Shown here: positions 1-8,992 of the stretch, one piece after another
Position numbering within the stretch: position 1 is the stretch's first letter
How the letters are laid out: each line of letters opens with the position of its first letter
DNA from: Lentisphaeria bacterium
GTDB lineage: Bacteria > Verrucomicrobiota > Lentisphaeria > JABSQK01 > JAWLHB01
Reading direction: 5' to 3'
DNA length: 64,000 nt
Assembly: GCA_041690595.1 (NCBI GenBank)
Contig: JAWLHB010000019.1
Span: forward strand, 12,335-76,334
Program-made: the position numbers and the translations under genes
Notes under the pieces: generated by a model
Told to the model about the DNA's origin: nothing
Databases searched by the model: none
What the model saw: the letters and a program-made list of their open reading frames with translations, nothing else

Positions 1-1011
1 CTGGTTGCGCGCCCGGGGGGCGTCGGGCCGGGTCATTTCGATCAGCCCGGCGGCCAGCGCCGGTTGGAGGTAGGAATAGAGGAAGGTCGGGCGGTGCGAA
101 AGACCAAGCTTCTCCATGATTTGCCTGGCGGAGAGAGGCGTCGCGTCCATCACGGCAAGAAGGCGGACAACTTGTTCGGTTTGTTGTTCGGTTACTTGTT
201 CGGTGGCGATGAGTTCCAGCAGGGCATCACGGATCATGGAGAGCATGAACTCGACGAAGGGATTGCACACGACCGCCTTGTTGCTGGCGTTCAGGGCGGC
301 GTAGTAGTCGGCCTGATGTTCGCCGGTGAGCGTCTCGACGGAGACGGCGGCAAACAGGGGATTCCAGCGGCTCAGGATGAGCGTCTGCCAGAGGCGGCCC
401 ATGCGGCCGTTGCCGTCTTGAAAGGGGTGGATGAACTCGAACTCGTAGTGAAAGACGCAACTGGCGATGAGTGGGTGCTCGGGGGTGGTTCTCAGCCACG
501 CCAGGAGATCAGCGACCAGAGCGGGTACGCGGTCGGCGGGGGGGGCAAGGTGGACGATTTCTTCTCCGCGCTGGATGCCCACACTGCCGGAGCGGAAGTG
601 GCCGGGTTCATCGATCAGCCCGGCCATGAGTATGCGGTGCGCTGCCAGCAGGTCGTCGCGGGAATGGTGCGACCACTCAGGCATGTGTTCATAGGCGACG
701 AAGGCGTTGCGAACCTCTTGAATCTCGCGGGGCGTACCAAGCACACGCTTGCCGTCCAGTACCGCGGTGACCTGTTCGACGCTGAGGGAATTCCCCTCGA
801 TGGCGCAGGAGGCCTGAACGGAACGGATGCGGTTGCCGCGCCGCAGGTGAGGCGCAACAGGACCGCTCGCGGCCCGCAATCGGCCCAGCGCTTCGCCAAT
901 CTCCTCGACCACGCAGAGCATGGCCGGGGTCAGACGGTAGGGCGGCGAATAATCTGAAGAGAGGATGGGGCTATCTCCCGACTTTCGCTTGTTGTGCTTG
1001 CTGGGCTTCAT
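1..1011 (-). CDS. Fic family protein (Fic/DOC AMPylation fold); the C-terminal winged-helix part continues past the left edge of the window
   Basis: The reverse-strand translation reads MKPSKHNKRKSGDSPILSSDYSPPYRLTPAMLCVVEEIGEALGRL... and contains the canonical Fic motif HPFQDGNGR (revcomp of about 403-438). The N-terminal YxPPY...L..ei..lg segment resembles a Fic_N region. There is no stop before position 1, which is why the gene is absent from the ORF track, which reports only ORFs closed by a stop. The start ATG lies at about 1011-1009. Confidence 0.75.
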   Translation of the reverse strand, partial: MKPSKHNKRKSGDSPILSSDYSPPYRLTPAMLCVVEEIGEALGRLRAASGPVAPHLRRGNRIRSVQASCAIEGNSLSVEQVTAVLDGKRVLGTPREIQEVRNAFVAYEHMPEWSHHSRDDLLAAHRILMAGLIDEPGHFRSGSVGIQRGEEIVHLAPPADRVPALVADLLAWLRTTPEHPLIASCVFHYEFEFIHPFQDGNGRMGRLWQTLILSRWNPLFAAVSVETLTGEHQADYYAALNASNKAVVCNPFVEFMLSMIRDALLELIATEQVTEQQTEQVVRLLAVMDATPLSARQIMEKLGLSHRPTFLYSYLQPALAAGLIEMTRPDAPRARNQ

Positions 1012-1035
1012 GAGCTAATCATGAGTTTCCTGGCG

Positions 1036-1050
1036 ATGCACGTTGTGCAT
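1036..1050. promoter_or_regulatory. perfect palindrome ATGCAC-GTT-GTGCAT between the partner gene and fic; candidate operator or internal promoter element
   Basis: Direct reading of 1031-1050 (tggcgatgcacgttgtgcat). The palindrome sits in the 83-bp gap upstream of the fic start. Confidence 0.3.
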
Positions 1051-1094
1051 GTAAAAGGAGCCGATATACCCGTTCCTGTGTGGAAGTGAGAATC

Positions 1095-1661
1095 TCAACC
1101 ATCCGCATTGGAGAGATGGATAGGAGAGGATGAGATGCAGTCCACCAAGGCGTGTTTTCTGGCAAGTTCATCGTTCATGACGATCACCGCGGGAACTGAC
1201 ATAGCCCAAGCTTTTACGGTTGGATGCAGCGATTTCTTCAATGCATCCTGAAGCGGTGGCAACCACGAATCTCGGTGCCCATTAATGATGAGAACAAGGC
1301 GAAAGTCGATTGCCGACAAATCGAGGCTACGATACGGCTCGGGCAACTCAGGGTATGTTTCTGGGTGCCGTTTCAGGACAGCCGCAAGCCCGAGTGATAA
1401 GGCGTTGCACAGCTTGTCTCGGATCTCCTCGATGAAACCATCGAAGCTTGGCTGTGTCTCCGGGCGTGGGCTGCTCGACTTCGCTTCGACAATCCAGATA
1501 CAGGGCGACTTCCCCATCTCTTGACGCAGAAGTAAAAACTCTGCAATCTGTACACCCTCCTGCACGTGCCTGTACGTCTCACTCGTCTCAATATGGAAGC
1601 AGAGAGGCGAAAGGTACGGCCCGAAGCTCATGTTCGACTCGGTGAAGCTGGTGGTCGTCAT
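1095..1661 (-). CDS. hypothetical 188-aa protein, partner of the upstream AAA ATPase (possibly a DUF4276/RloB-like Toprim-like or nuclease-like effector)
   Basis: The ATG overlaps the ATPase stop in an ATGA arrangement (tcATGAcg), indicating translational coupling. It carries acidic motifs HIETSET and IWIVEAK, and no signal peptide. Its 188-aa size and genomic context match the small partner proteins of split OLD/AbiL/PARIS-type ATPase systems. No family assignment can be made by eye. Confidence 0.55.
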   Translation of the reverse strand: MTTTSFTESNMSFGPYLSPLCFHIETSETYRHVQEGVQIAEFLLLRQEMGKSPCIWIVEAKSSSPRPETQPSFDGFIEEIRDKLCNALSLGLAAVLKRHPETYPELPEPYRSLDLSAIDFRLVLIINGHRDSWLPPLQDALKKSLHPTVKAWAMSVPAVIVMNDELARKHALVDCISSSPIHLSNADG

Positions 1662-2671
1662 GACAACGCCACCTCCACCTCCTCCTTGTAGAGCCTGATG
1701 GACTCGTCGATAATAGGGTTGTCAGGCATTCCCTCCTTCAGGTCCGCGCAGATCCATCCGCATTCTCCGGTGCACAAGAGCGGAACCGACATTTGCTTCT
1801 CCAACGCGAGCAAGTACAGCTTCTTGACCACGAAGTAGGAGTGGCTGGCCATGACGAATTGCACGCCCCGCCCCGCGAGTAAGGCGATGATGTCGAGAAG
1901 CTTCGAGATGGCCGTCGGATGCAGCGCCGCCTCCGGTTCATCGATGAAGACCACCGAACCGGTGTCGAGGTAGCGGTTGCCCAGCAAGGTGTCCAGAATG
2001 GCGATCTTCTTGATTCCTTCGGCTGTTGTCCCGATGGGGTACTTCTGGTTGCCCCTGCGAAATGTCCACCGAACGGCCGTTTCGTCGTACTCCACTCTAC
2101 CGCCAAGAATCTCTTCAAGCTTCTGACGAGACTGGGCAAACTCCGTGTAGTTCTTGCCCTTCTGGAGGGGCTGACGGAGCGCGCGGGCCAAGTCGAGATA
2201 GGTGTCATCGAAGCCGAACACCTTGTCCTGTTCGCGTGAGCGAAGGATGAGATGATGCAGGGAAAGCACCTCCTTGGCTGGCAGGAAGATGGAATTGCTC
2301 GACCGGGACGACACATGGTTCTCCAGCGTGGCGATTTGCTTGGTTGTGTCTTTCCCGAAGCTGAAGCGGAACTCCTGCTTGTCGAACTCCATGGCAAACG
2401 ACAGCGGCTCATCGGCCCCCTTGGTCACCAGATCGCCGATACGCTCAGGTTGAAATGTCCAGTAGAGTTTGTCCGCCAGTATCTCAGCCGCCAAGCGCTT
2501 GTCGTCCCCCCGCCGGTATTCCTCAAGTGTGCGCATGGCTGAGTAGAGGGCCTTCAGCAGAAAGGTCTTTCCGCTCGCATTGGCACCGATGATCAGGTTG
2601 ATCGGGCCAAGGCATGGCCACCCAACCTGGGTTAACGGGCCGAAGTTCTTCATTTCAAGTTTTGTTATCAT
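1658..2671 (-). CDS. AAA family ATPase, ABC/AAA_21 (AbiEii/OLD-like) type
   Basis: The N-terminus reads MITKLEMKNFGPL...LIIGANASGKTFLLKALY (Walker A). The C-terminus reads SVVFIDEPEAALHP...VMASHS (Walker B plus a signature-like H-loop). The start was moved from the tracker's TTG at 2764 to the ATG at 2671, which is preceded by GGAG (caggagaagcagaATG). Confidence 0.8.
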   Translation of the reverse strand: MITKLEMKNFGPLTQVGWPCLGPINLIIGANASGKTFLLKALYSAMRTLEEYRRGDDKRLAAEILADKLYWTFQPERIGDLVTKGADEPLSFAMEFDKQEFRFSFGKDTTKQIATLENHVSSRSSNSIFLPAKEVLSLHHLILRSREQDKVFGFDDTYLDLARALRQPLQKGKNYTEFAQSRQKLEEILGGRVEYDETAVRWTFRRGNQKYPIGTTAEGIKKIAILDTLLGNRYLDTGSVVFIDEPEAALHPTAISKLLDIIALLAGRGVQFVMASHSYFVVKKLYLLALEKQMSVPLLCTGECGWICADLKEGMPDNPIIDESIRLYKEEVEVALS

Positions 2672-3058
2672 TCTGCTTCTCCTGCAGACAAGTTCTTGGG
2701 GCCTGCCATATCGGTAACAATCGTTTCGACGGCCATGCGGACACGAGCGCGGTCGCCCGATCAATTCCAGTACGTACGGCGGGCTATGCTGGGGGTCCAG
2801 ATAATATTAGTTGTATCCAGATGGTGTCAAACTGCAAATGCTGAAGTATCGGGCTATACCGTGGGGCAAGGGGACGGTGGATTGGGCAGCGTCGAATCGA
2901 ATGGGAAAGTGCCTGTCTCTGGTTGAGGGTGGTGGTGCTTCTTGATAGGATGAGCGGGGACGAAGATGAGTGGAGGGCTTTTATGGCGGGTGGAGGTGGA
3001 GTAGATTAAGCGGGCGAGCGTGTGAGTGGATCTTTCTCAATGGAGGCGATATCTCAGG

Positions 3059-3502
3059 ATGATACAGATAACGAAGGTGGTGGAGTGGGACATGGGACAC
3101 CGTGTGCCAAACCACAAGAGCAAGTGCCGCAACCTGCACGGGCATCGCTATCGCATGGAACTGACGCTGGCGGGCGACCTGAATCAGCAGTCTGGGGCAA
3201 GCTCGGAAGGCATGGTGCTCGATTTCAGTGACGTGAAGCGTCACATGATGGAACGGGTGCATGATGTGCTGGATCATTCATTCATGTTTCATGAGGAGGA
3301 CGAGCTGCTGGTCCACCTGTTTGAGGAACACGCGACGGATGGCGGATTCCGTTACATTTCGGTTCCTTTTATCCCGACGGCGGAGAATCTGGCGAAATGG
3401 TGTTTTGACCAGCTCGAGGGCTGCTTTCCGCCGGCCATCCAAATCGTCCGGATTCGCATTTACGAAACGCCAAATTCCTGGGCCGACTATCTGCCCGACT
3501 GA
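3059..3502 (+). CDS. queD: 6-carboxy-5,6,7,8-tetrahydropterin synthase / 6-pyruvoyl-tetrahydropterin synthase family (QueD-like)
   Basis: MIQITKVVEWDMGHRVPNH...C.NLHGHRY.E matches the QueD/PTPS Zn-binding CxxxHGH and HxxxxH pattern. The start is at the ATG downstream of the tracker's GTG, with GGAGG 13 nt upstream. Confidence 0.75.
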   Translation: MIQITKVVEWDMGHRVPNHKSKCRNLHGHRYRMELTLAGDLNQQSGASSEGMVLDFSDVKRHMMERVHDVLDHSFMFHEEDELLVHLFEEHATDGGFRYISVPFIPTAENLAKWCFDQLEGCFPPAIQIVRIRIYETPNSWADYLPD

Positions 3503-3519
3503 CCCGGAAACTTTACCTT

Positions 3520-4374
3520 ATGCTTAGACTTGGCGCTCACATGAGCATTGGCGGCGGCTTCCACAACGCCTTCGATCGCGGCGAGACGACTGGCTGCGAT
3601 ACGATGCAGATCTTCACCAAGAACAATCGTCAATGGAACTCCGCGGCGATCACGGCGGAGCAGGTGGATGCGTGGCTGGAGCGACGGGCGACGAGCAGCA
3701 TCGCGCCGGTCTTCATTCACGGGATCTACCTGATGAACCTGGCATCGCCGACGGATTCCGTGCGGGAGCGCTCGATCGAGGCGCTGGTGGACGAGCTGGA
3801 GCGTGCGCACCTGCTGGAGTTGCCGTGGGTGATCATCCACCCGGGGAGTCATGGCGGCCTTGGCGAAGAGCGGGGCTTGCAGTTGATCACGGAAGGGGTG
3901 CTGCAGACGATCGAGCGGACGAAGACCTCATCGGTGCGGATATGCCTGGAGACGACGGCGGGGATGGGAACGTCGATCGGGTCGAAGTTCGAGCACCTGG
4001 CGGAACTGTATGCGCGCATCGACGCGCCGGAGCGGCTGTGCGTCTGCCTGGATACGTGCCACATTTTCTCGTCGGGGTATGCCTTCGATACGCCCGAGGC
4101 GTACGCGGCGACGATGGGGGAGTTTGACCGGATTGTGGGCATCGACCGACTTGCGTGTCTGCATCTGAATGACAGCAAGACGAAGTTCGGGCTCAACAAG
4201 GACCGGCATGAGCATATCGGCGAGGGGCATATCGGCCTTGAGCCTTTTGGCTATTTTCTGAACGATCCGCGTCTGGCAAAGGTGCCGATGGTGATTGAGA
4301 CGCCAGTGGAGAAGGACGAAGTGGCCGAGGACCGGCGTAACCTGGCGGCCTTGCGCGGCCTGATCAAAGCTTGA
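3520..4374 (+). CDS. nfo: deoxyribonuclease IV (endonuclease IV, AP endonuclease family 2)
   Basis: MLRLGAHMSIGGG... HPGSH ... LETTAG ... LDTCH ... and HLNDSK are typical Nfo/xylose-isomerase-like TIM barrel motifs. The length of 284 aa fits. Confidence 0.9.
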   Translation: MLRLGAHMSIGGGFHNAFDRGETTGCDTMQIFTKNNRQWNSAAITAEQVDAWLERRATSSIAPVFIHGIYLMNLASPTDSVRERSIEALVDELERAHLLELPWVIIHPGSHGGLGEERGLQLITEGVLQTIERTKTSSVRICLETTAGMGTSIGSKFEHLAELYARIDAPERLCVCLDTCHIFSSGYAFDTPEAYAATMGEFDRIVGIDRLACLHLNDSKTKFGLNKDRHEHIGEGHIGLEPFGYFLNDPRLAKVPMVIETPVEKDEVAEDRRNLAALRGLIKA

Positions 4375-4385
4375 ATAGGAGAAAA

Positions 4386-6260
4386 ATGATGAAGAGAATG
4401 CAACTGATGATTCTGACGATGGCGCTGCTGGGGCTTTTGATGATGCCGACCGGGTGCGGCGACGGTGAGAAGAAGGACCAGCCAACGGCGCCGGAGGTGA
4501 GGACGACGGCGGCTGATGCAGGGGAGATGGAGACGTTGGAGGTGGAACTGCCGGAGGGGACTCTCCTTTTTCCGGAGGAAGAGTTCGCGAAGGCGGTGGA
4601 TCCGCTGGCCAGCGCAAGCGCGCTGCGTGGAGGAACGCTGCGGATGTTCATCGGGCCGAACCCGAAGAGCCTGAACTATTACCTGGAGACGAGCACGCTG
4701 GCGGCAACGATTTTTCCGCTGATGTACGAGTCGCTGCTGAGCAGCAACCCGATCACGCTGGATGACGAGCCGGGGCTGGCGCGGAAGTGGGCGGTGTCGC
4801 CGGACAAGATGACCTTCACCTTCTGGATGGATCCGAAGGCCCGGTGGAGCGACGGGAGACCGATTACGGCGCACGATGTGAAGTATACGTTCGACGCGGT
4901 AATGGCGAATCCGAGCACCGGTGTGCATCAGGTCTATCTGGGGCGCTTCAGCGAGGTGAAGCTGCTGGACGACTACACGATTCAGTTCACGGCGGAGAAG
5001 GAGCATTGGAGCAATCTGCAGAGCGCGGGTGGCTTCATGATTCTGCCCAAGCATATCTGGGAGACCCGCAACTTCACGGAGATCAGTTTTGACTTCCCGG
5101 TAGTCAGCGGCTTGTACAGGATCGAGGAGTTTCGGGAGAATCTATCGCTGACGATGTCGCGGCGTGAGGATTACTGGGATCGGGAGTCACCCAACCTGCG
5201 CGGCAAGTACAACTTCGCGACGATCGTCTTCCGTTTTTATGGCGACCGCAAGAATGCGTACGATGAGTTTCTGAACCGCAATATCGATGTTTTTCCGGTG
5301 ACGACCGCGAGCCGATGGGCGGAAGAGGCGCAGGGTGAGCGCTTCGACAAGAACTGGGTGGTGAAGCAGGCGATCTATAACTACAACCCCATCGGCTTCC
5401 AGGGCTTTGCGATGAACATGCGGCGGGAGCCGTTCCGGGATCGGCGGGTGCGCCAGGCGATCGCGCATCTGATCAATCGGCGCAAGATGAACAGCACGCT
5501 GATGTACAATGCGTACTTCATGCTGAGTTCGTATTATCCGGATCTGTATACGCCGGAGATTCCCAATCCGAACCCGCTGTACGAGTTCGACAAGGAGCAG
5601 GCGCGGGCGCTGCTGCGGGAGGCCGGCTGGGTGATCAATCCCCAGACGGGGCTGCTCGAAAAGAATGGGCGCTCCCTGACTTTCGAGATCCTGACCCGCG
5701 ATTCGAGCACGGAACGCTTCCTGGCGATCATGCGGGAAGACTTCAAGGATGTAGGTATCGCCTTCAAGACGGTGCTGAAAGACTGGTCCGCCTGGATGAA
5801 GGACATGGACGACTTTAACTATGACATGACGTGGGCGGCGTGGGGCGCCGGAGTTCTGAAAGATCCGGAAGGCATGTGGAAGAGCAGCGAGGCGGAGCGG
5901 GTTGGCGGCTCGAACATCACGGGCTTCAAGAGCGACAAGGTGGATGAATTGATCGAGGCGCAGCGGACCAATTACGATGTCGGAGAGCGGCATGACATCG
6001 TGCGCCAGATCGACCAGCTGGTCTATGCGGAAGTGCCCTATGCGCTGCTGTGGAATCTGAACTATCAGCGGGTGCTGTACTGGAACAAGTTCGGCACCCC
6101 GCCGCAGGTACTGAGCAAATACGGCGATGCGGATTCGCTGATCGCCTACTGGTGGATCGACCCGGATACCGACGCCGACCTTGACTACGCGATCGAGAGT
6201 GGAGCATCGATGCCGAAGATGCCGTCGGAAGTACATTTCGACGAGGTGTTCAATCCTTGA
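4386..6260 (+). CDS. ABC transporter substrate-binding protein, family 5 (peptide/oligopeptide, YejA/OppA-like) lipoprotein
   Basis: Lipoprotein signal MMKRMQLMILTMALLGLLMMPTGC. The family-5 solute-binding-protein length and motifs are present. AGGAGA precedes the ATG at 4386; the tracker start at 4371 is a TTG. Confidence 0.85.
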   Translation: MMKRMQLMILTMALLGLLMMPTGCGDGEKKDQPTAPEVRTTAADAGEMETLEVELPEGTLLFPEEEFAKAVDPLASASALRGGTLRMFIGPNPKSLNYYLETSTLAATIFPLMYESLLSSNPITLDDEPGLARKWAVSPDKMTFTFWMDPKARWSDGRPITAHDVKYTFDAVMANPSTGVHQVYLGRFSEVKLLDDYTIQFTAEKEHWSNLQSAGGFMILPKHIWETRNFTEISFDFPVVSGLYRIEEFRENLSLTMSRREDYWDRESPNLRGKYNFATIVFRFYGDRKNAYDEFLNRNIDVFPVTTASRWAEEAQGERFDKNWVVKQAIYNYNPIGFQGFAMNMRREPFRDRRVRQAIAHLINRRKMNSTLMYNAYFMLSSYYPDLYTPEIPNPNPLYEFDKEQARALLREAGWVINPQTGLLEKNGRSLTFEILTRDSSTERFLAIMREDFKDVGIAFKTVLKDWSAWMKDMDDFNYDMTWAAWGAGVLKDPEGMWKSSEAERVGGSNITGFKSDKVDELIEAQRTNYDVGERHDIVRQIDQLVYAEVPYALLWNLNYQRVLYWNKFGTPPQVLSKYGDADSLIAYWWIDPDTDADLDYAIESGASMPKMPSEVHFDEVFNP

Positions 6261-6338
6261 GGCGGATGTATGTATAGTAGGAGAGTCGTCTCCCCGACCG
6301 CTCTTTCGATACCCCCAACCTTCTGACTGCCGTACCGC

Positions 6339-7364
6339 ATGCAACGCCTGGACTACTTCATCAAACGCCTGCTGCTGATCGTGCCGACCTTCATCGGCAT
6401 CACGCTGGCTGTCTTCATCCTGATCCAGTTCGTTCCCGGTGGTCCGGTGGAGCAGCAGCTCGCGCAGATGCGCGGGGCGGGGAACATCGGTGGGGCGAAT
6501 GTGCAGGCGATTGCGGAGGAGCAGCGGGAGGCCCTGATGAAGGAGTTCGGCTGGGACAAGCCGATCCTGGTCCGCTACTGGGACAACATGGTGGTCAACA
6601 AAGCGGCGCTGACGATGCATTCCATCCAGTACCGCGAACGGACCACCTGGGAGCTGATCCGGAGCCGCTTCAAGGTGTCGCTGATCTTCGGCATCACTGG
6701 CTTCGTCTTGACGTACCTGATCTGCATTCCGCTGGGCATCGCCAAGGCGTTGCGGGACGGGGGGGCTTTCGACATTGCCAGCAGCATCGTCGTCTTCACG
6801 GGTTATGCGATACCCGCCTTTGCCTTCGGGATGCTGCTCAAGATGTTCTTCACGGGGACGGTGGAAGGCTTCTGGGACTTCTTCCCGGTGGCTGGCTTCA
6901 CCTCGCCACACTATGCGGAGTTGAGCGCGTTGGGAAAGGTCAAGGACATCGCGTGGCACATGTTTCTGCCGGTGCTCTGCTACATGGTCGGCAACTTTGC
7001 GGTGCTGACGCTGTTGATGAAGAATTCGCTGCTGGAGCAGATTGGCAAGGACTATATCCGGACGGTGCTGGCAAAGGGTGGCTCATCGCGTCGGGCCATC
7101 TGGGGGCATGCGCTGCGGAACTCGATGATTCCGATTGTGACGGGCATTGGTGGCATCATGACGGTGATGTTCGCCGGATCGGTGCTGATCGAAAAGGTTT
7201 TCGAGATCCCGGGCATGGGGCTTCTTAGCCTGGAGGTGATCGTAAACCGCGACTATCCAACTTTCATGGCGATACTTTCTCTCACCTCCATCCTTGGCCT
7301 CATCGGCAATATCGTGTCCGACATGGCTTATGTGCTGATTGACCCGCGTATCAATTTCGAATGA
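6339..7364 (+). CDS. ABC transporter permease (OppB/YejB-like)
   Basis: MQRLDYFIKRLLLIVPTFIGITLAVF, multiple TM segments and the EAA-like region are characteristic of OppB-type permeases. Confidence 0.85.
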   Translation: MQRLDYFIKRLLLIVPTFIGITLAVFILIQFVPGGPVEQQLAQMRGAGNIGGANVQAIAEEQREALMKEFGWDKPILVRYWDNMVVNKAALTMHSIQYRERTTWELIRSRFKVSLIFGITGFVLTYLICIPLGIAKALRDGGAFDIASSIVVFTGYAIPAFAFGMLLKMFFTGTVEGFWDFFPVAGFTSPHYAELSALGKVKDIAWHMFLPVLCYMVGNFAVLTLLMKNSLLEQIGKDYIRTVLAKGGSSRRAIWGHALRNSMIPIVTGIGGIMTVMFAGSVLIEKVFEIPGMGLLSLEVIVNRDYPTFMAILSLTSILGLIGNIVSDMAYVLIDPRINFE

Positions 7365-8983
7365 AGCTTCCCCGGATCTTCAAACTCAATCCGATCACCC
7401 ACAAGCGATTGCGCCGTTTTCGGCAGCGGAAGCGCGCGTACTGGTCGTTCTGGCTGATCCTGGTCATCTATGGGTTGAGCCTGGTGGCGGAGTTGTGGGT
7501 CAACAGCGTGCCGCTCTATGTGCGATACGAGGGGGTCTCCTATTTTCCGGCGCTCAAGTCGCTCTTCGGCGGAGTCTATTCGGAGGATATCTTCACCGGT
7601 AGCGGGCTGGCGTCGCGGACGGATTACAAGATGCTGGAGCAGATGCCGCGGTTTGGTTCCACGCCGGGCAACTTCATGATCTGGCCAGTCGTGCGGAGCG
7701 GTCCGCACGAGATCTTTACGGACGAGAAGCTGCGGCTGCCCGAGGAGGTGACGGTGATGCTCACGCCGGCAACGCAAGTGGGACGGGTCAACATCGACCA
7801 GGTTGACAAGGTGGTGCGGGCGCTGAATGCGGAATGGTTCTTCAGGGCAGATACGGCAGCGGAGGTGATCGGCGAGACCTTTACCGAGCATTGGCCGTTG
7901 CCGGGCGCGATTCGGCAGGGGCTCCAGAAACGGTTCAGCAACCAGCCCGCGGAGGCAGTCAGTCACGTGGTCGCCAATGATGCGGGCCAGGAAATCGAAC
8001 TGCAATTGTCTCCTTATGCGCCGCGCATGGAGCCGCCGGAGTCGGTGCGCATCACGCTGCGCGAAGTGGCCGATTCGCAGTTGACGGAGCGGTTGGTATT
8101 TGATGGAGATGGGGAGATTATCGAGGGTGAGTCGGGGACGCGGTGGCAGGCGGCGAGCGACGATCAGCGTAAGACGATCCGGGAGGCAGTGGCCAAACGT
8201 GCCGACGGCATGCTGATCGGGGATATGAGCATCTTCATCAACGGGGTCAACCTGCGGGTCGACTTCCAGAAGGAAGACTTTCGGGTCCCCTTCCGGCCGG
8301 TTCGGGGGCATTGGCTGGGTATCGACCATTCGGGGCGGGATGTTTTCGCGCGCCTGGTTTACGGGTTGCGCATCGCCATGAGTTTCGGCTTGCTGCTGGT
8401 GATTCTGACGATGATCATCGGGGTGGCGATCGGGGCAGTACAGGGCTACTATGGCGGGCTGCTTGACATCAGCGCGCAGCGGCTGATCGAGATCTGGAGC
8501 GCGATACCCTTCCTTTACGTGATGATCCTGCTGGGTTCGATCTATGGGCAGAGCTTCATGCTGCTGCTCGGGGTCTACGGCGTCTTTCACTGGATCGGGA
8601 TCTCGTACTACATGCGAGCAGAGTTCCTCAAACTGCGGAAGGAGCCTTTCGTGGAAGCCGCGCGATGCATGGGCATCCCGACATGGAAGATCCTCTTCAA
8701 GCATATACTGCCGAACGGGCTGGTGCCGATCATCACCTTCTTTCCCTTCTCGCTCGTGGGGGCGATCGGCGTGCTGACCGCACTGGACTATCTTGGCTTC
8801 GGGCTGCCGCCGGGAACGCCAAGCTGGGGTGAGCTGCTGGCGCAGGCGCAGGACTACAGCTACGCGTGGTGGCTGGTTCTCTATCCTTTTCTCATCCTCT
8901 TCATCACCATTCTGCTCTGCGTCTTTGTCGGTGAGGGCGTACGCGCCGCCTTCGATCCGCGCCGCTACTCACGCATGCAATAA
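7361..8983 (+). CDS. ABC transporter permease (OppC/YejE-like, long periplasmic N-terminal extension)
   Basis: ATGA overlap with the upstream permease. The C-terminal TM bundle resembles OppC, with a 300-aa N-terminal extension as in YejE. Confidence 0.85.
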   Translation: MKLPRIFKLNPITHKRLRRFRQRKRAYWSFWLILVIYGLSLVAELWVNSVPLYVRYEGVSYFPALKSLFGGVYSEDIFTGSGLASRTDYKMLEQMPRFGSTPGNFMIWPVVRSGPHEIFTDEKLRLPEEVTVMLTPATQVGRVNIDQVDKVVRALNAEWFFRADTAAEVIGETFTEHWPLPGAIRQGLQKRFSNQPAEAVSHVVANDAGQEIELQLSPYAPRMEPPESVRITLREVADSQLTERLVFDGDGEIIEGESGTRWQAASDDQRKTIREAVAKRADGMLIGDMSIFINGVNLRVDFQKEDFRVPFRPVRGHWLGIDHSGRDVFARLVYGLRIAMSFGLLLVILTMIIGVAIGAVQGYYGGLLDISAQRLIEIWSAIPFLYVMILLGSIYGQSFMLLLGVYGVFHWIGISYYMRAEFLKLRKEPFVEAARCMGIPTWKILFKHILPNGLVPIITFFPFSLVGAIGVLTALDYLGFGLPPGTPSWGELLAQAQDYSYAWWLVLYPFLILFITILLCVFVGEGVRAAFDPRRYSRMQ

Positions 8984-8992
8984 GGAGCTCTC

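Noticed and set aside
64-957. 297-aa plus-strand ORF (MEVGIEEGRAV...)
   Set aside because: It is antisense to the Fic gene, whose reverse-strand frame carries the HPFQDGNGR motif. It has no recognisable motifs and is a typical GC-rich shadow ORF.
2765-3058. preQ1 riboswitch upstream of queD
   Set aside because: I looked for a short hairpin followed by an A-rich tail (preQ1-I) or a preQ1-II pseudoknot. The region is purine-rich, with no convincing match by eye. An Infernal scan is needed to be sure.
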